Origin: Antedon mediterranea
Taxonomy: Eukaryota; Animalia; Echinodermata
Assembly (NCBI RefSeq): GCF_964355755.1
Contig: NC_092670.1
Location: 11,766,795-11,830,794, forward strand
Direction: 5' to 3'
Length of the DNA: 64,000 nucleotides
The notes under the pieces: generated by a model
What the model saw: the letters and a program-made list of their open reading frames with translations, nothing else
Databases searched by the model: none
What the model was told of the DNA's origin: nothing
Part shown: positions 39,199 to 52,285 of the stretch, piece after piece
Position numbering within the stretch: position 1 is the stretch's first letter
Layout: each line of letters begins with the position of its first letter
Program-made: the position numbers and the translations under genes

Positions 39199-42100
39199 AT
39201 AATATTATAGATGTGTTATTTGTAGATAGTTTATAGTAAAATGGTTTTAAATGTTAAATTTTGGAAAGATTGACACAATCTTTTTCCCAAAAAGGGGAAT
39301 GTCATATTATTTATGTTGTGATTCTCTGTGTTTAGAGAAGGATGCTTTAGACCAGGTCCGCCTTATATTATTAGCCAATCAAAATCGTATAATTTTTGGA
39401 GGGAAAATGTTATCCTCCTCTGAAGCCTAAAATTTGCATATCCAGTATAAAAGTGGAATGTAATAGATATTAGAGAAGAAGAGAGAATAAGATCAGAGTA
39501 GATAAACGGAAAGATGATAAAGAGAATATTAAGGCTTGACTGGTAGTGGTAGAAAGATGTATTAATCGAATTACAAGGAATAAAAGTTCTAGTTGAGTTA
39601 AATATACCTTTTGTATGAGTTATCATTCAGTGACAGCTGTGTACGTCGCGTGGAAATATATACGCCTGAGAAAGCTCGGAACCAACTAAAATAAATTCAC
39701 TACAACAAGCTATTGCTGTAATGCCACAATCAACACATCAATTAATAGTTGAAAATAAATTGTCAACAATAATGCAGAAATTCAATGAAATATACTAGTA
39801 ATTAACTCATTTTTTACTGTACTGTACTGTAAATCTTCACACATTAAAATTATGGTGATTTTATCTCATGTACTGTAGTAGTATTTTTTATTTATTTAAT
39901 GCTGTATACAAATGTTATTGCTCGAATTATGAAAACTATACAACATTTTAAAAGCTGGAAAACAACCAACACATTTGCCTAATGCTTTATGATAGTCATC
40001 CAATATTTATCTTGTGTTCCACTACCGAGTCTACTGCCAGTTGCCTTTAAAATGCTGTATGGGTGTAACTTCTGTTCCAGTCTTCATTAGCTTAAGTCTA
40101 TAAATTGAAAAACAATGATGTATAAATACAAAAGTCAAATAGAAAAGTTAAATATTTCACAATTTATTGCATACATATAATTATTATTTCTGTACATGAA
40201 TCTGAAGTTTTCAATTTGGGGTACTAATGTACAGTAAGGAATCCCTGAAAAGTGCATCTCCTCCCTAAAAAAGGCCTAGTCTAATTACTAGTGTTTTCGT
40301 TTTGGTTGCTATCAACAACAATCTATTCTACCGTCAACTTCTTTGGTACTGTATGCTGATCATTTTCCAAATGTTCGTTTTTTGTCATCAGTCTTTTTTA
40401 GACTTTAAAATTAATTCGAGCTCCAAATGTATATCAGTGGTACATCAACATAGTAGGCCTATTTCCTGTAGCTAGTTGTGGAGTGATGGCTTAGCTAGGT
40501 GAGTACGACATATATGACCTAGCTAGGCCTCAAAGTGGGTTCCCGTCTACTTTTCTGACCCGATTATCTGCCTGCCTACAGCTGCTGCTACACTACACTA
40601 CACAGTAGTAGTAAACTACAGTACTAACTAGGCCTAGTAGGCCCTACTAGATAGTAGAAGTAGGCTTATATTATAGCCCTAGCCTAGATAGCTAAGCCTA
40701 TAACTATACGCCAAAAACTATTATAGGAGGATGTGTCATTCATCTAAAATAGAATTCTACTTACCAGCAAATTAACGGCAGAGCTTTTTACATCATACGA
40801 TCAGGGAAACCCCAGCACTTTCTTCTGTTCTTCGCACATGTTTGTTTACGTGGTGAACAGATCGTATCTCCCCTGTTTGGATACTCATTAACATATCATG
40901 AATATTTATGAGCTGTTAGCTAACCATCGTTATTTTGGAATTTCTGAACTTATGAGTTCGAAAAAATGGTAAACTTATTTTGATTTTTTATAAGCGAAAT
41001 CAATATTTTTTTCGGATTTTTTTTCGGCGAAAGTGAATAACTTTATTATAACTACAAAATGGTCTATTCAAAATTTGATTTTTTTTCATCTTTATTTTTC
41101 ATGTTTTGGGGGACAATACAACTTTAATGCTGATTTATGGCTAGGCGTAAAATAAGACGTGGTAGGAGGATGATTGCTGGCAGCGAAGCAGCAATAAATG
41201 GGCCCAATCTTGTTAGCAACGTCGCATGACATGATTTATATTACGACCTGTTTTAACGAGAGGTCAAAATATACCCTGAGGACACTTCCAACACGGTAAC
41301 GGCGACCGGGAATCCACCAAATGTTAGGATTCAGCCAAGTAGCCTTTTTTGCAATTAAAATCTCATTACACGGAATCTCTATGGGCCCGTTTGCGATTTT
41401 TTTTTTCGTACATAAGTTGGGGACCCCCTCATGAAACGTCACAAAATTAACATGAATAATTCATCAGTTAAATTTTCTTGTTCCGTGTGCATCCAAGCAT
41501 ATAGCAACAAGAAGTGATTACACAACTGCGATACGATACTTTTACAATTTATTGCATACATATAATTATTATTTCTGTACATGAATCTGAAGTTTTCAAT
41601 TTGGGGTACTACTAATGTACAGTAAGGAATTCATGAAAAGTGCATCTCCTCCCTCAAAAAGGCCTAGTCTAATTACTAGTGTTTTGGTTGCTGTCAACAA
41701 CAATCTATTCTACCGTCAACTTCTTTGGTACTGTATCCTGATCATTTTCCAAATTTTTTTTTTTGTCATAAGTTACTCTTTTTTTAGACTTTAAAATTAA
41801 TTTGAGCTCCAAATGTAATATCAATGGTACAGTAACATAGTAGGCCTATTTCCTGTAGCTAGTTGTGGAGTGATGACCTAGCTAGGTGAGTACGATATAT
41901 AGGACCTAGCTAGGCCTCAAAGTGGGTTCCCGTCTACTTTTCTTACCCGATATCTGCCTGCCTACAGCTGCTACACTACACAGTAGTAAACTACTAACTA
42001 GGCCCTAGATAGTAGGCTTATATTATAGCCCTAGCCTAGATAGCCAAGCCTATAACTATACGGCAAAAACGTCTAGTTTGCGATATATAACTATTATAGG

Positions 42101-42211
42101 AGGATGTCTCATTCATCTAAAATAAAATTCTACTTACGTTACCAGCAAATTAACGGCAGAGCTTTTTACATCATACGATCAGGAAAACCCCAGCACCTTC
42201 TTCTGTTCGTC

Positions 42212-43843
42212 CATGGATTAAAGAATAGATGGATATGCATCGACGTGAGATCAAGGGTTCTTCGACTCTCGCCGACAGACCGCGAACCGCCCACAATGTT
42301 ACAGTTTAATTAACCGCATGGTAACATCGAAACGGTCGCGTGCCCAATATATTGTTTACTGTACATGTGCAACGACATTTAACCTTGTTGGCTACGCTTC
42401 TTTCGCGCGTTCTTTGGTGGCATGATGTTTTTAGCGCTAGCAACAATACATATTTGAACAGTATAATCAGTGGCGTAACGGCTAAGTGCGCTCACTGGCT
42501 AAACCCAGGGGCCCTGAAGCTTGGGGCCCATGAGCAGTGCCCAGAGGAACAGGCATAAAATATGTCGAAAATGCTAAAAACGTCCGAGGCCTCGATCTTT
42601 GAAACTTGGAGGGCCACTTAGGTTTCCTAAACAAGTGGCTTCAGGCCTCTGCCTCACGCCACTGAGTATAATGTTTATTGAAAACAGTTATTAAATTACA
42701 TTGTATGTTATTGTGAAGACCCTAGTGTAGGTCTACTTCATCAATATACCAGATAAAAACAATACTATATTGTTATTGGCTTAGAATTGTAGATGCTATA
42801 ATTGTAATTAGTATAGGTTTCTGCCGCAATTGATCTACGCTAATGTTTTTATGACATTAAAGTAGCATTTTATGAGACAATAACTAGTTGTTGTCTCAGC
42901 GCGCCTACATGTAAAATTACAAAATCAGCAAGGATACTAGGCCTTCTAGGCTTACTAGTAAACCATATGATTTGCCGACATTGATACTGCCTAGGTAGGC
43001 CTAGGCTAATCTTAAGTGTAGTAGATACAATGCGTAATCATGATCTATATACTCACCGTTGTCTTACTTCTTGTGTGAATAATAATAGGTACTTCGTTTG
43101 TTCGTGATTAAGTTTGCTCTGCGTTTACTTTTCAAAACGACCGCTAGGTAACGTATCGCAACTATACATAGCCAGCCAATCCCGGATCTGGGATCGCTGT
43201 TTTCATTCAATTAGGCCCGGTGATTGGATGTGATGTGGATGACATAACCATTAGCCAATCACCAGGCACTACAATTTAAATATAATCACATCGATAATTA
43301 AGGAGATTTATGAAGAAACCACTGCTTAGCCATATTTTAAAAACACGATTGTTGTATGTGTGAACACCGGCCACGCTAACAACATACATGGTCAAATGCA
43401 TAATTTAATATTCTATAGATTAACGCAATTTTAATGACAGAAGATGGCAGGCAAATAATAATAATTCAAATAAAAATTGCATATTTTATTAATATTACCA
43501 ACTACTTAAAATTACCAGTCGTAAGAAAGTGAACTTTTCGTAGTCCGATTGTGATGAAACTAAAACAGAATTGTTCAGCAATATATTTTTGTTGTCAATT
43601 AATCATCGACGCAGACATGTCAATAGAACATTCAGACTGCGCATACGATTTCTACATGGTTACGTTTTGGTCTAAAAAAATGTAACAGTTGATTCGCAGC
43701 GTTCTACAGAGGGCCGCGGTTAGAGACACGGAGTTCAATGAGCGTGTTTGTTTGATTGGCAGCAGTGCTTTAGTATAGGCAAGCGCGTTATAAAATCATT
43801 TGATGTCACCGTCGATGCATACCCTTCTATTCTTTAATCCATG
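42212..43843. mobile_element. P-superfamily-like non-autonomous element
   Basis: 34-bp TIR catggattaaagaatagatggatatgcatcgacg (2 mismatches) and 7-bp TSD gttcgtc. The empty site is visible in the paralogue near 40827 (gttcttc-gcacatg). Confidence 0.85.
42468..42664. mobile_element. hAT-type MITE nested in the P-like element
   Basis: CAGTGGCGT ... ACGCCACTG with 8-bp TSD agtataat. Confidence 0.85.
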
Positions 43844-44232
43844 GTTCGTCGCACATGCTTGTTTATGTGGTGAAGATAACAGATCGGATCTCCCCTGTTT
43901 GGATGCTCATTAACATATCATGCATATTTATGAGTTGTTAGCTAACCATCGTTATTTAGGAATTTCTGAGCTTATGAGTTCGAAAAAATGGTAAACTTAT
44001 TTTGATTTTTTATAAGCGAAATCAATATTTTTTTCTGATTTTTTTTCGGCGAAAGTGAATAACTTTATTATAACTACAAAACGGTCTATTCAAAATTTGA
44101 TTTTTCTCATCTTTATTTTTCATGTTTTGGGGGACAATACAACTTTAAAATATAAGCATAGGTGTTAGATAATTATTATCCAGCACGTTTGTTTTTAGTC
44201 ATATTATAATAAAGTTGAAATAATGCTGTAAC

Positions 44233-44274
44233 CAGGGAAGAGTTAAATTACAATTGTAATTTAACTCTTCCCTG
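44233..44274. mobile_element. 42-bp perfect palindrome with CAG...CTG ends and 7-bp TSD (duplicate at 47159-47200)
   Basis: ctgtaac|cagggaagagttaaattacaattgtaatttaactcttccctg|ctgtaac. Confidence 0.75.
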
Positions 44275-45587
44275 CTGTAACTGAGTTTAGTGATTATTTA
44301 ACAGTCGGAGAGCCGCGTTGGGAAATATGACCGTTATCGCTGAATTTTCGACTTCGCATGACGTCATAAATTTTAGAAGCCCTCTCTCGGCACAGAAGCG
44401 TCAACGTTTCGCGCGAAAACATTAGTATAAAGTATAGGCTACGTCATTTTATAGCTGTTTAATAAACATTAATAGGCGTAAAATTAACCATATATGGTAA
44501 GATCAGTTCCTTATATGTTTAAGATGTCACAGGTCACCTAATTTTCTGAATAATTTGTTGGATTTGTTGTCAGTGACAGTTTCTTTCCAAAGTTCGTGTG
44601 CAGCCGTCAAAACTGAAGTTTTCTAACAGTTGTTTGTTTACAAATTTCCCATTAGTGGGATTTGCATCCCATACAGTGAATTACCAAAAACTCGACGTAT
44701 ATGGATAAAGTAAGTATCAATAGTCTGTTTTACGTTAAAATTGGCTTGAAACCCTATTTAAGCTTCGATTACAGACTGTGCTTGTTATTAGCTGAAGGGT
44801 CAGATCCCTTCCTGGAATTGACATTCGTTATATTTTAGTTACCTAGGAGTACGTTATGTTGTAATTAATAAATAAAAATAATTCTGCTCTTTAGTGCTAC
44901 TTTAAATCGTTGGGAAGAATTAATGATGCCTGTCTATTTAGCTTAAAATCAAGAAATGTCGTTGTGTCGCGACAGTTTGTTATAAATAAGTTAATCTTGT
45001 ACATTAAAACTAGTATTCAGTTGTGATTGATAATTGCTATACAGCTGCAAATTATACAACAACTTGTAGTGCTGGTTTATCTATTCTAAACTTATATAAA
45101 CCACAATGTATTCTTGCTAGTAACAATATTCATAAACATAAAGTTATAAAAAGTACAAGAACATTATTATCGATATTTTTCGTAACAAATAAATCGATCT
45201 GGTAAGGCTTACAAGCAAACTGGAAGTTTGATAAAGCAAGCATTCATTGTTCTGCTTTAGGCCTACACACCTTGAGAAAAAATAATGAAATCGTGAATAA
45301 CAAACAGTGATACAGAAACTGGTGGTGCTTGTTTTCTATCTTTAAGTTTTAAATAGCACAGTGTATTATTGCTCCAATATGAATAATATAAGGAAGTACA
45401 AAGTACAATAACAGGCCTCTCATTGTTACCGATCTTTTTATCTAATGAACAAATCTTTCTAGTACCGGTAAATCGGAAGTGTGGTAATTGTAAAAGAAAA
45501 AATGAAACAAATTTATGCTCCAAATATTATTTGTTTTACAGCTTTATATAAGGCAGCTTTAAAAGTTCAACAATATTTACTGATTAA

Positions 45588-45794
45588 TTTTTAGTCGCGT
45601 GGACGCGACTCAATAGTTCACTATGTCGGTCGGTCGGTCTGTCGGTCTGTCTGTCGGTCCGGTATCACTATGCGTTTTATCGCTTTTCTGTACTTTTTGA
45701 ACTGTTTTGATATACAGAAAAGTTTTAAAGTACATTACTTTTTGAAAGTTCATTTTTTTCTGAGAGCACGCGACTTATGGCTGTTGGCCTTGTT
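45588..45794 (+). mobile_element. DINE-1/HINE-like Helentron-associated element
   Basis: 5' T-run, subterminal IR agtcgcgtg with adjacent acgcgact, (GTCG/GTCT)n microsatellite, 3' subTIR cacgcgact, short ggc...gcc hairpin and TT end. Confidence 0.75.
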
Positions 45795-48513
45795 CATCAA
45801 TGTGTAGCTTATGGAGTAACAAAAAGGAGTCTTGTAAATCAAAATTGCCCATGTTTGACCATTTCAAATTTACTTCATTGATGTCATTTGTAACATTTGC
45901 TACAATAGTGTGATATACTATACAATTATTACATGTTCTTTTAATTTTAAATACAGTTTCATGACAATAAATATCAGCTTTATTAAGTATTTCTTAGTTT
46001 TCATTGAGAATTACCTTCCAGTTCATTGGGATAATGCAGAATCGCACCATACAAACGAAATTTTAATTACTTTCAATTAATTCCATACTTTGTTTCAAGA
46101 TCATTCTGCAAGAGGAAAGATCCTTTGGAATTAGTTACATCTTTAATTGTACGGATACCTGCATTCCACCACAAGTTTTGAATATTAAAAGTTCTTTTAA
46201 CGAAACAGCAATTGTAAAGTACCTGACAATTATATTTCATTTGCAGTATCTGGATTTAGTGAATAATGGTATACACTCCAGGCTAGCAGTACGGTTCTAG
46301 GACACCTACCCCCTAGACAGTTACCCCCGGATGTTTACCACCCGGACAACTACCCCCTTAGGACAACTACCCCCCGGACAACTACTCCCCGGACAACTAC
46401 CCCCTTAGGACAACTACCCCCTTAGGATAACAACCCCCCGGACAACTACCCCCCGGACAACAACCCCCTTAGGACAACTACCCCCTTAGGATAACTACCC
46501 CCCGGGTAACTACCCCCCGGTCAACTACCCCCTGGACAACTACCCCCACCCCAGACATCTAGGACTATATTTATGTTCAATCTTTTACTTTTGTGGTCTA
46601 AAAAAATGTAACAGTTGATTCGCAGCGTTCTACAGAGGGCCGCGGTTAGAGACACGGAGTTCAATGAGCGTGTTTGTTTGATTGGCAGCAGTGCTTTAGT
46701 ATAGGCAAGCGCGTTATAAAATCATTTGATGTCACCGTCGATGCATACCCTTCTATTCTTTAATCCATGGTTCGTCGCACATGCTTGTTTATGTGGTGAA
46801 GATAACAGATCGGATCTCCCCTGTTTGGATGCTCATTAACATATCATGCATATTTATGAGTTGTTAGCTAACCATCGTTATTTAGGAATTTCTGAGCTTA
46901 TGAGTTCGAAAAAATGGTAAACTTATTTTGATTTTTTATAAGCGAAATCAATATTTTTTTCTGATTTTTTTTCGGCGAAAGTGAATAACTTTATTATAAC
47001 TACAAAACGGTCTATTCAAAATTTGATTTTTCTCATCTTTATTTTTCATGTTTTGGGGGACAATACAACTTTAAAATATAAGCATAGGTGTTAGATAATT
47101 ATTATCCAGCACGTTTGTTTTTAGTCATATTATAATAAAGTTGAAATAATGCTGTAACCAGGGAAGAGTTAAATTACAATTGTAATTTAACTCTTCCCTG
47201 CTGTAACTGAGTTTAGTGATTATTTAACAGTCGGAGAGCCGCGTTGGGAAATATGACCGTTATCGCTGAATTTTCGACTTCGCATGACGTCATAAATTTT
47301 AGAAGCCCTCTCTCGGCACAGAAGCGTCAACGTTTCGCGCGAAAACATTAGTATAAAGTATAGGCTACGTCATTTTATAGCTGTTTAATAAACATTAATA
47401 GGCGTAAAATTAACCATATATGGTAAGATCAGTTCCTTATATGTTTAAGATGTCACAGGTCACCTAATTTTCTGAATAATTTGTTGGATTTGTTGTCAGT
47501 GACAGTTTCTTTCCAAAGTTCGTGTGCAGCCGTCAAAACTGAAGTTTTCTAACAGTTGTTTGTTTACAAATTTCCCATTAGTGGGATTTGCATCCCATAC
47601 AGTGAATTACCAAAAACTCGACGTATATGGATAAAGTAAGTATCAATAGTCTGTTTTACGTTAAAATTGGCTTGAAACCCTATTTAAGCTTCGATTACAG
47701 ACTGTGCTTGTTATTAGCTGAAGGGTCAGATCCCTTCCTGGAATTGACATTCGTTATATTTTAGTTACCTAGGAGTACGTTATGTTGTAATTAATAAATA
47801 AAAATAATTCTGCTCTTTAGTGCTACTTTAAATCGTTGGGAAGAATTAATGATGCCTGTCTATTTAGCTTAAAATCAAGAAATGTCGTTGTGTCGCGACA
47901 GTTTGTTATAAATAAGTTAATCTTGTACATTAAAACTAGTATTCAGTTGTGATTGATAATTGCTATACAGCTGCAAATTATACAACAACTTGTAGTGCTG
48001 GTTTATCTATTCTAAACTTATATAAACCACAATGTATTCTTGCTAGTAACAATATTCATAAACATAAAGTTATAAAAAGTACAAGAACATTATTATCGAT
48101 ATTTTTCGTAACAAATAAATCGATCTGGTAAGGCTTACAAGCAAACTGGAAGTTTGATAAAGCAAGCATTCATTATTCTGCTTTAGGCCTACACACCTTG
48201 AGAAAAAATAATGAAATCGTGAATAACAAACAGTGATACAGAAACTGGTGGTGCTTGTTTTCTATCTTTAAGTTTTAAATAGCACAGTGTATTATTGCTC
48301 CAATATGAATAATATAAGGAAGTACAAAGTACAATAACAGGCCTCTCATTGTTACCGATCTTTTTATCTAATAAACAAATCTTTCTAGTACCGGTAAATC
48401 GGAAGTGTGGTAATTGTAAAAGAAAAAATGAAACAAATTTATGCTCCAAATATTATTTGTTTTACAGCTTTATATAAGGCAGCTTTAAAAGTTCAACAAT
48501 ATTTACTGATTAA

Positions 48514-48720
48514 TTTTTAGTCGCGTGGACGCGACTCAATAGTTCACTATGTCGGTCGGTCGGTCTGTCGGTCTGTCTGTCGGTCCGGTATCACTATGCG
48601 TTTTATCGCTTTTCTGTACTTTTTGAACTGTTTTGATATACAGAAAAGTTTTAAAGTACATTACTTTTTGAAAGTTCATTTTTTTCTGAGAGCACGCGAC
48701 TTATGGCTGTTGGCCTTGTT
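48514..48720 (+). mobile_element. Duplicate copy of the HINE-like element
   Basis: Same sequence as 45588-45794 at offset +2926. Confidence 0.75.
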
Positions 48721-48729
48721 CATCAATGT

Positions 48730-51700
48730 GTAGCTTATGGAGTAACAAAAAGGAGTCTTGTAAATCAAAATTGCCCATGTTTGACCATTTCAAATTTACT
48801 TCATTGATGTCGTTTGTAACAATTGCTACAATAGTGTGATATACTATACAATTATTACATGTTCTTTTAATTTTAAATACAGTTTCATGACAATAAATAT
48901 CAGCTTTATTAAGTATTTCTTAGTTTTCATTGAGAATTACCTTCCAGTTCATTGGGATAATGCAGAATCGCACCATACAAACGAAATTTTAATTAGTTTC
49001 AATTCCATACTTTGTTTCAAGATCATTCTGCGAGAGGAAAGATCCTTTGGAATTAGTTACATCTTTAATTGTACGGAAACCTGCATTCCACCACAAGTTT
49101 TGAATATTAAAAGTTCTTTTAACGAAACAGCAATTGTAAAGTACCTGACAATTATATTTCATTTGCAGTATCTGGATTTAGTGAATAATGGTATACACTC
49201 CAGGCTAGCAGTACGGTTCTAGGACACCTACCCCCTGGACAGTTACCCCCGGATGTTTACCATCCGGACAACTACCCCCTTAGGACAACTACCCCCTTAG
49301 GATAACAACCCCCCGGACAACTACCCCCGGACAACAACCCCCTTAGGACAACCACCCCCTTAGGATAACTACCCCCCGGGTAACTACCCCCCGGTCAACT
49401 ACCCCCTGGACAACTACCCCCCCCAGACATCTACCCCCTCCCTTAGGACTATATTTATGTTCAATCTTTTACTTTTGTTTACAATAATGAATAGTAATTC
49501 CTCAAAGTAACGAATTAAAATATAGTTATTAATTCCTATTATACACTGTTGCAGAGTCAGGTTGTTGAATGGTCTGGGTGGTAGTTGTCCGTCCGGGGGG
49601 TAGTTGTTCTAAAGGGATAGTTGTCTGGGTGGTAGTTGTCCAGGGGTTAGTTGTCCTACGGAGGTAGTTGTCCTAAAAGATTATTTGCCCTCGGAGTATT
49701 GTCCAGGTCCAGGAGGTAGTTGTCCTACGGGGAGTATTGTGTCAGAGGTAGTTGTCCGCGGGGTAATTACCCGGGGTGGGGGAGAATTGTCCTGGGGTAA
49801 TTGTCAGGGGGTAATTGTTCCTAGGGGGTAATTGTCCGGGGGGTAGTTGTCCAGGGGAGTTGTCCTACGGAGGTAGTTGTCCTAAATGATTATTTGCCCT
49901 CAGAGTATTGTCCAGGTTCAGGAAGTAGTTGTCCTACGGGGAGTATTGTGTCAGAGGTAGTTGTCCGCGGGGTAATTACCCGGGGGGGGGGTAATTGTCC
50001 GGGTGGTAATTGTCCGGGGGGTAATTGTTCCTAGGGGGTAATTGTCCGGGGGGTAGTTGTCCAGGGGGTAGTTGTCCTAAGGGGGTTGTTGTCCTAAGGG
50101 GGTAGTTGTCCGGGGGGTATTTGTCCGGGGGGTAATTACCTGGGGGGGGAGTAATTGTCCGAGGGATAATTGTCCGGGGGGGGGGGTAATTGTCCGGGGG
50201 TTATTTGTCCGGGGGGTAGTTGTCCTAAAGGGGTAGTTGTCCTAAGGGGGTAGTTGTCCAGATGGTGGTTGTCCGGGGGTAGTTTTCCGGGGGTAAATGT
50301 CCAGGGAGTGAATATCCGGATACGTAGCGATACATCTCTATAAAATGTGGATAATTTTGTAAGCAGAGGAGAATATGTTTTTCTCACAAATGGCCTCAAA
50401 CTCTATGGTTAAAAAAACTTTCCATTTTGCATCCCCATCATCCAGGTACCGTTTTATCCAACACAATTTAAGAGAATGGATGTAACTCGAAATATGTGAC
50501 ATTTTTAAACCGCCCTTGTTTTGTTTTCCATCCCAAAGAAAATCAAAGAACACATTTTGTAGTTTGTTAATATATTCTACATCAGGTGTTGGTAAATTTG
50601 AAATTGAATTATATGATAAAATTGGTAATGCCAAAGACTTGATTATTAATACTTTTCTAATCAAAGATAAACCTCTTAGTTTTCACATGTTGAGAACGCT
50701 TTTTATTCGATCCAATTTATTTTCAAAGTTAAGTGTAACAAGTTGATTAGCGTTCCCCGAAACATATACTCCGAGGTATTTGATTGGCCCATCTGTCCAA
50801 AACAAATTCTTGGTACAATTTTAAAATTGGTATTGGTAAAAGTGCCTAGTCTTAAAATATTACTTTTATCAAAGTTGTCATTTAGACCAGAAAATGTAGC
50901 AGTTATCAAGAATTTCTATTGCTGTATTCAGTAAATATTCATCCTGCAAGAAGAACACACAGTATCATCTGCTAGTTGATTTATTCTTATCAGTATTTGT
51001 AATGGTAATACCTTTAAAGTGTTTATTTTGTTTCACTGATATCTCAAGCAATTCTGCCGCAATAAATAAATAAATATGGAAATAAGGGCAACACTGTCGT
51101 AGTCCCCTCGATGGTTAAATAATTCGAGGTAAAGCCATTATTAACTACACAGCTTGAAATATCAGTATACAACATTAATTTAAACCAGTTTTTTTTATCA
51201 TTTCTCCAAACCAAATTTGTCGAGGAATTCTTTAACAAACTTAATCTTATCGAAGGCCTTTTTGAAATCAACAAATAATAACAAATTATTTAAAAAAAAA
51301 CGCTAAAGAAAAACATTTAAAAATGTTTTTCTATAGCGTTTTTTTTTTTATCTAATACAAGACGAATATTTTCTCTATGTAGCGATTTAAAAAAAAAAAC
51401 GTTTGGTCCAGGTTTATTATATTTGCCAACGTTTCTTTCATTCGTGTAGCAATTAGTTTTGCTATATTTTTGTAGTCTACGTTTAGTAGCGATATTATTG
51501 GACGCCAATTTTTTAACTCTGTTGGATTTTTTTCTCCTTTTGGTAATAAAGATATAACTCCTCTTCGTTGAGATAACATACCTGTATGTTGGGAATATGA
51601 AATTGATTGCATTAAACATACCTAACAACATTCCAAAACATTTTATAAAATTCTATAGGCAGAATATCAGTACCATAAGGAGACTTATTATTTTTCATAG
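48730..51700 (-). mobile_element. Highly degenerate Tx1/L1-clade LINE ORF2, interrupted by a MITE
   Basis: RGVISLLPKG..LKNWRPI.SLLNVDYK, SCVVNNG, QLADDT, KVLIIKSLALP, FFDFLWDGK..GGL, and FYRDV/LLAW split by the insertion, then WWNAGFRTIKDV. The 3' part is duplicated at ~45800-46290. Confidence 0.85.
49214..50324. mobile_element. TA-flanked foldback MITE with (GGACAACTACCCCC)n left arm and (GGGGGTAGTTGTCC)n right arm
   Basis: TA|CGGTTCTAGGACA ... ATCCGGATACG|TA. The Tx1 sequence resumes on both sides. A left arm alone is also present at ~46292-46565. Confidence 0.8.
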
Positions 51701-51799
51701 ATGTTATGGCTGCTGAATATTCTATATCTAGAAGTTCCGAATTACATTTTTTTAAAGTCATTTTCTGAGATTCTCTCGCACTCATGCTGCTCAGTCTTG

Positions 51800-52250
51800 G
51801 GTTCTAACTCTAATACTAACCTCTGTATAGTAAACTACAAAAAATCCAAAACAGAGCTTTACGCTTTATTCTCAAACTTAATCCTATGTCACACCTCTCT
51901 GATGATCACTTTAGACTAGCCCATACCATTCCTCTTCAGAAAAGACTCAACTACCAACTTGGTTGTCTTACTTTCAAAACCCTAAATCTTCTTGCTCCTC
52001 AATGCTTATACCATCTCCTCACTAACATTACTGCCAATGGGAGGATGACTACTCGTCAAATCTCAAAAGGAAATCTTCACATTCCTAAACCCTCTCTTGA
52101 AATTTTCAAACTCTCCTTCAGGCCCCTCATTTCTACAATGATCTTCCTCTATCTATCCGCAATTCCTTATGCTTTTCCTCTTTCAAAACTAGACTTATGA
52201 CTTTTCTCAAAACTATGTAATCCTTTTCCAGATTTTAAATTGTAAAATAG
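51800..52250 (+). mobile_element. 3' fragment of an L2/CR1-like LINE
   Basis: LQKRLNYQLGCLTFKTLNLLAPQCL...NLHIPKPSLEIFKLSF parallels the C-terminus of the 997-2364 ORF. Confidence 0.65.
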
Positions 52251-52285
52251 TAGGTTTATTTATATATATTTTATATTTTGCTTAA

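Larger units (their letters stand above)
33648..39704 (+). mobile_element. Gmr1-type Ty3/Gypsy LTR retrotransposon (gag-PR-INT-RT-RH)
   Basis: 405-bp LTRs at 33648-34052 and 39300-39704 (3 differences seen). 5-bp TSD acaag. PBS at 34053, PPT aaaaggggaa. CCHC knuckle, LRDSGC protease, integrase HHCC/IAIDIVGPL/DQGTNF/NGLVER upstream of RT (YIDD) and RNaseH (TDAS). Confidence 0.97.
27365..41123. mobile_element. Kolobok-like (TTAA-targeting, AG...CT termini) element hosting both the BEL and Gmr1 insertions
   Basis: TTAA|AGATGTATTGTCCCCC ... GGGGGACAATACAACT|TTAA (1 mismatch). Both subtermini are homologous to the 345-bp MITE at 52286-52630. Alternative right ends exist at 44144 and 47070. Confidence 0.65.
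41540..44144. mobile_element. Second, diverged right arm of the Kolobok-like element
   Basis: Colinear with 40156-41123 apart from small indels and the 42212-43843 insertion. Ends GGGGGACAATACAACT|TTAA. Confidence 0.75.
43668..49478 (+). repeat. Tandem duplication, ~2.9-kb unit x2 (43668-46594 / 46594-49478)
   Basis: Constant 2926-bp offset (e.g. duplicate ORFs 45023/47949 and 45263/48189). A few substitutions and a repeat copy-number difference lie toward the 3' end. Confidence 0.95.

Noticed and set aside
45023-48449. Pairs of near-identical small ORFs (45023/47949, 45263/48189)
   Set aside because: Non-ATG starts in AT-rich DNA, repeated only because of the 2926-bp duplication.
50136-50399. 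Proline-rich 87-aa ORF
   Set aside because: Translation of the G-rich MITE arm joined to Tx1 debris.
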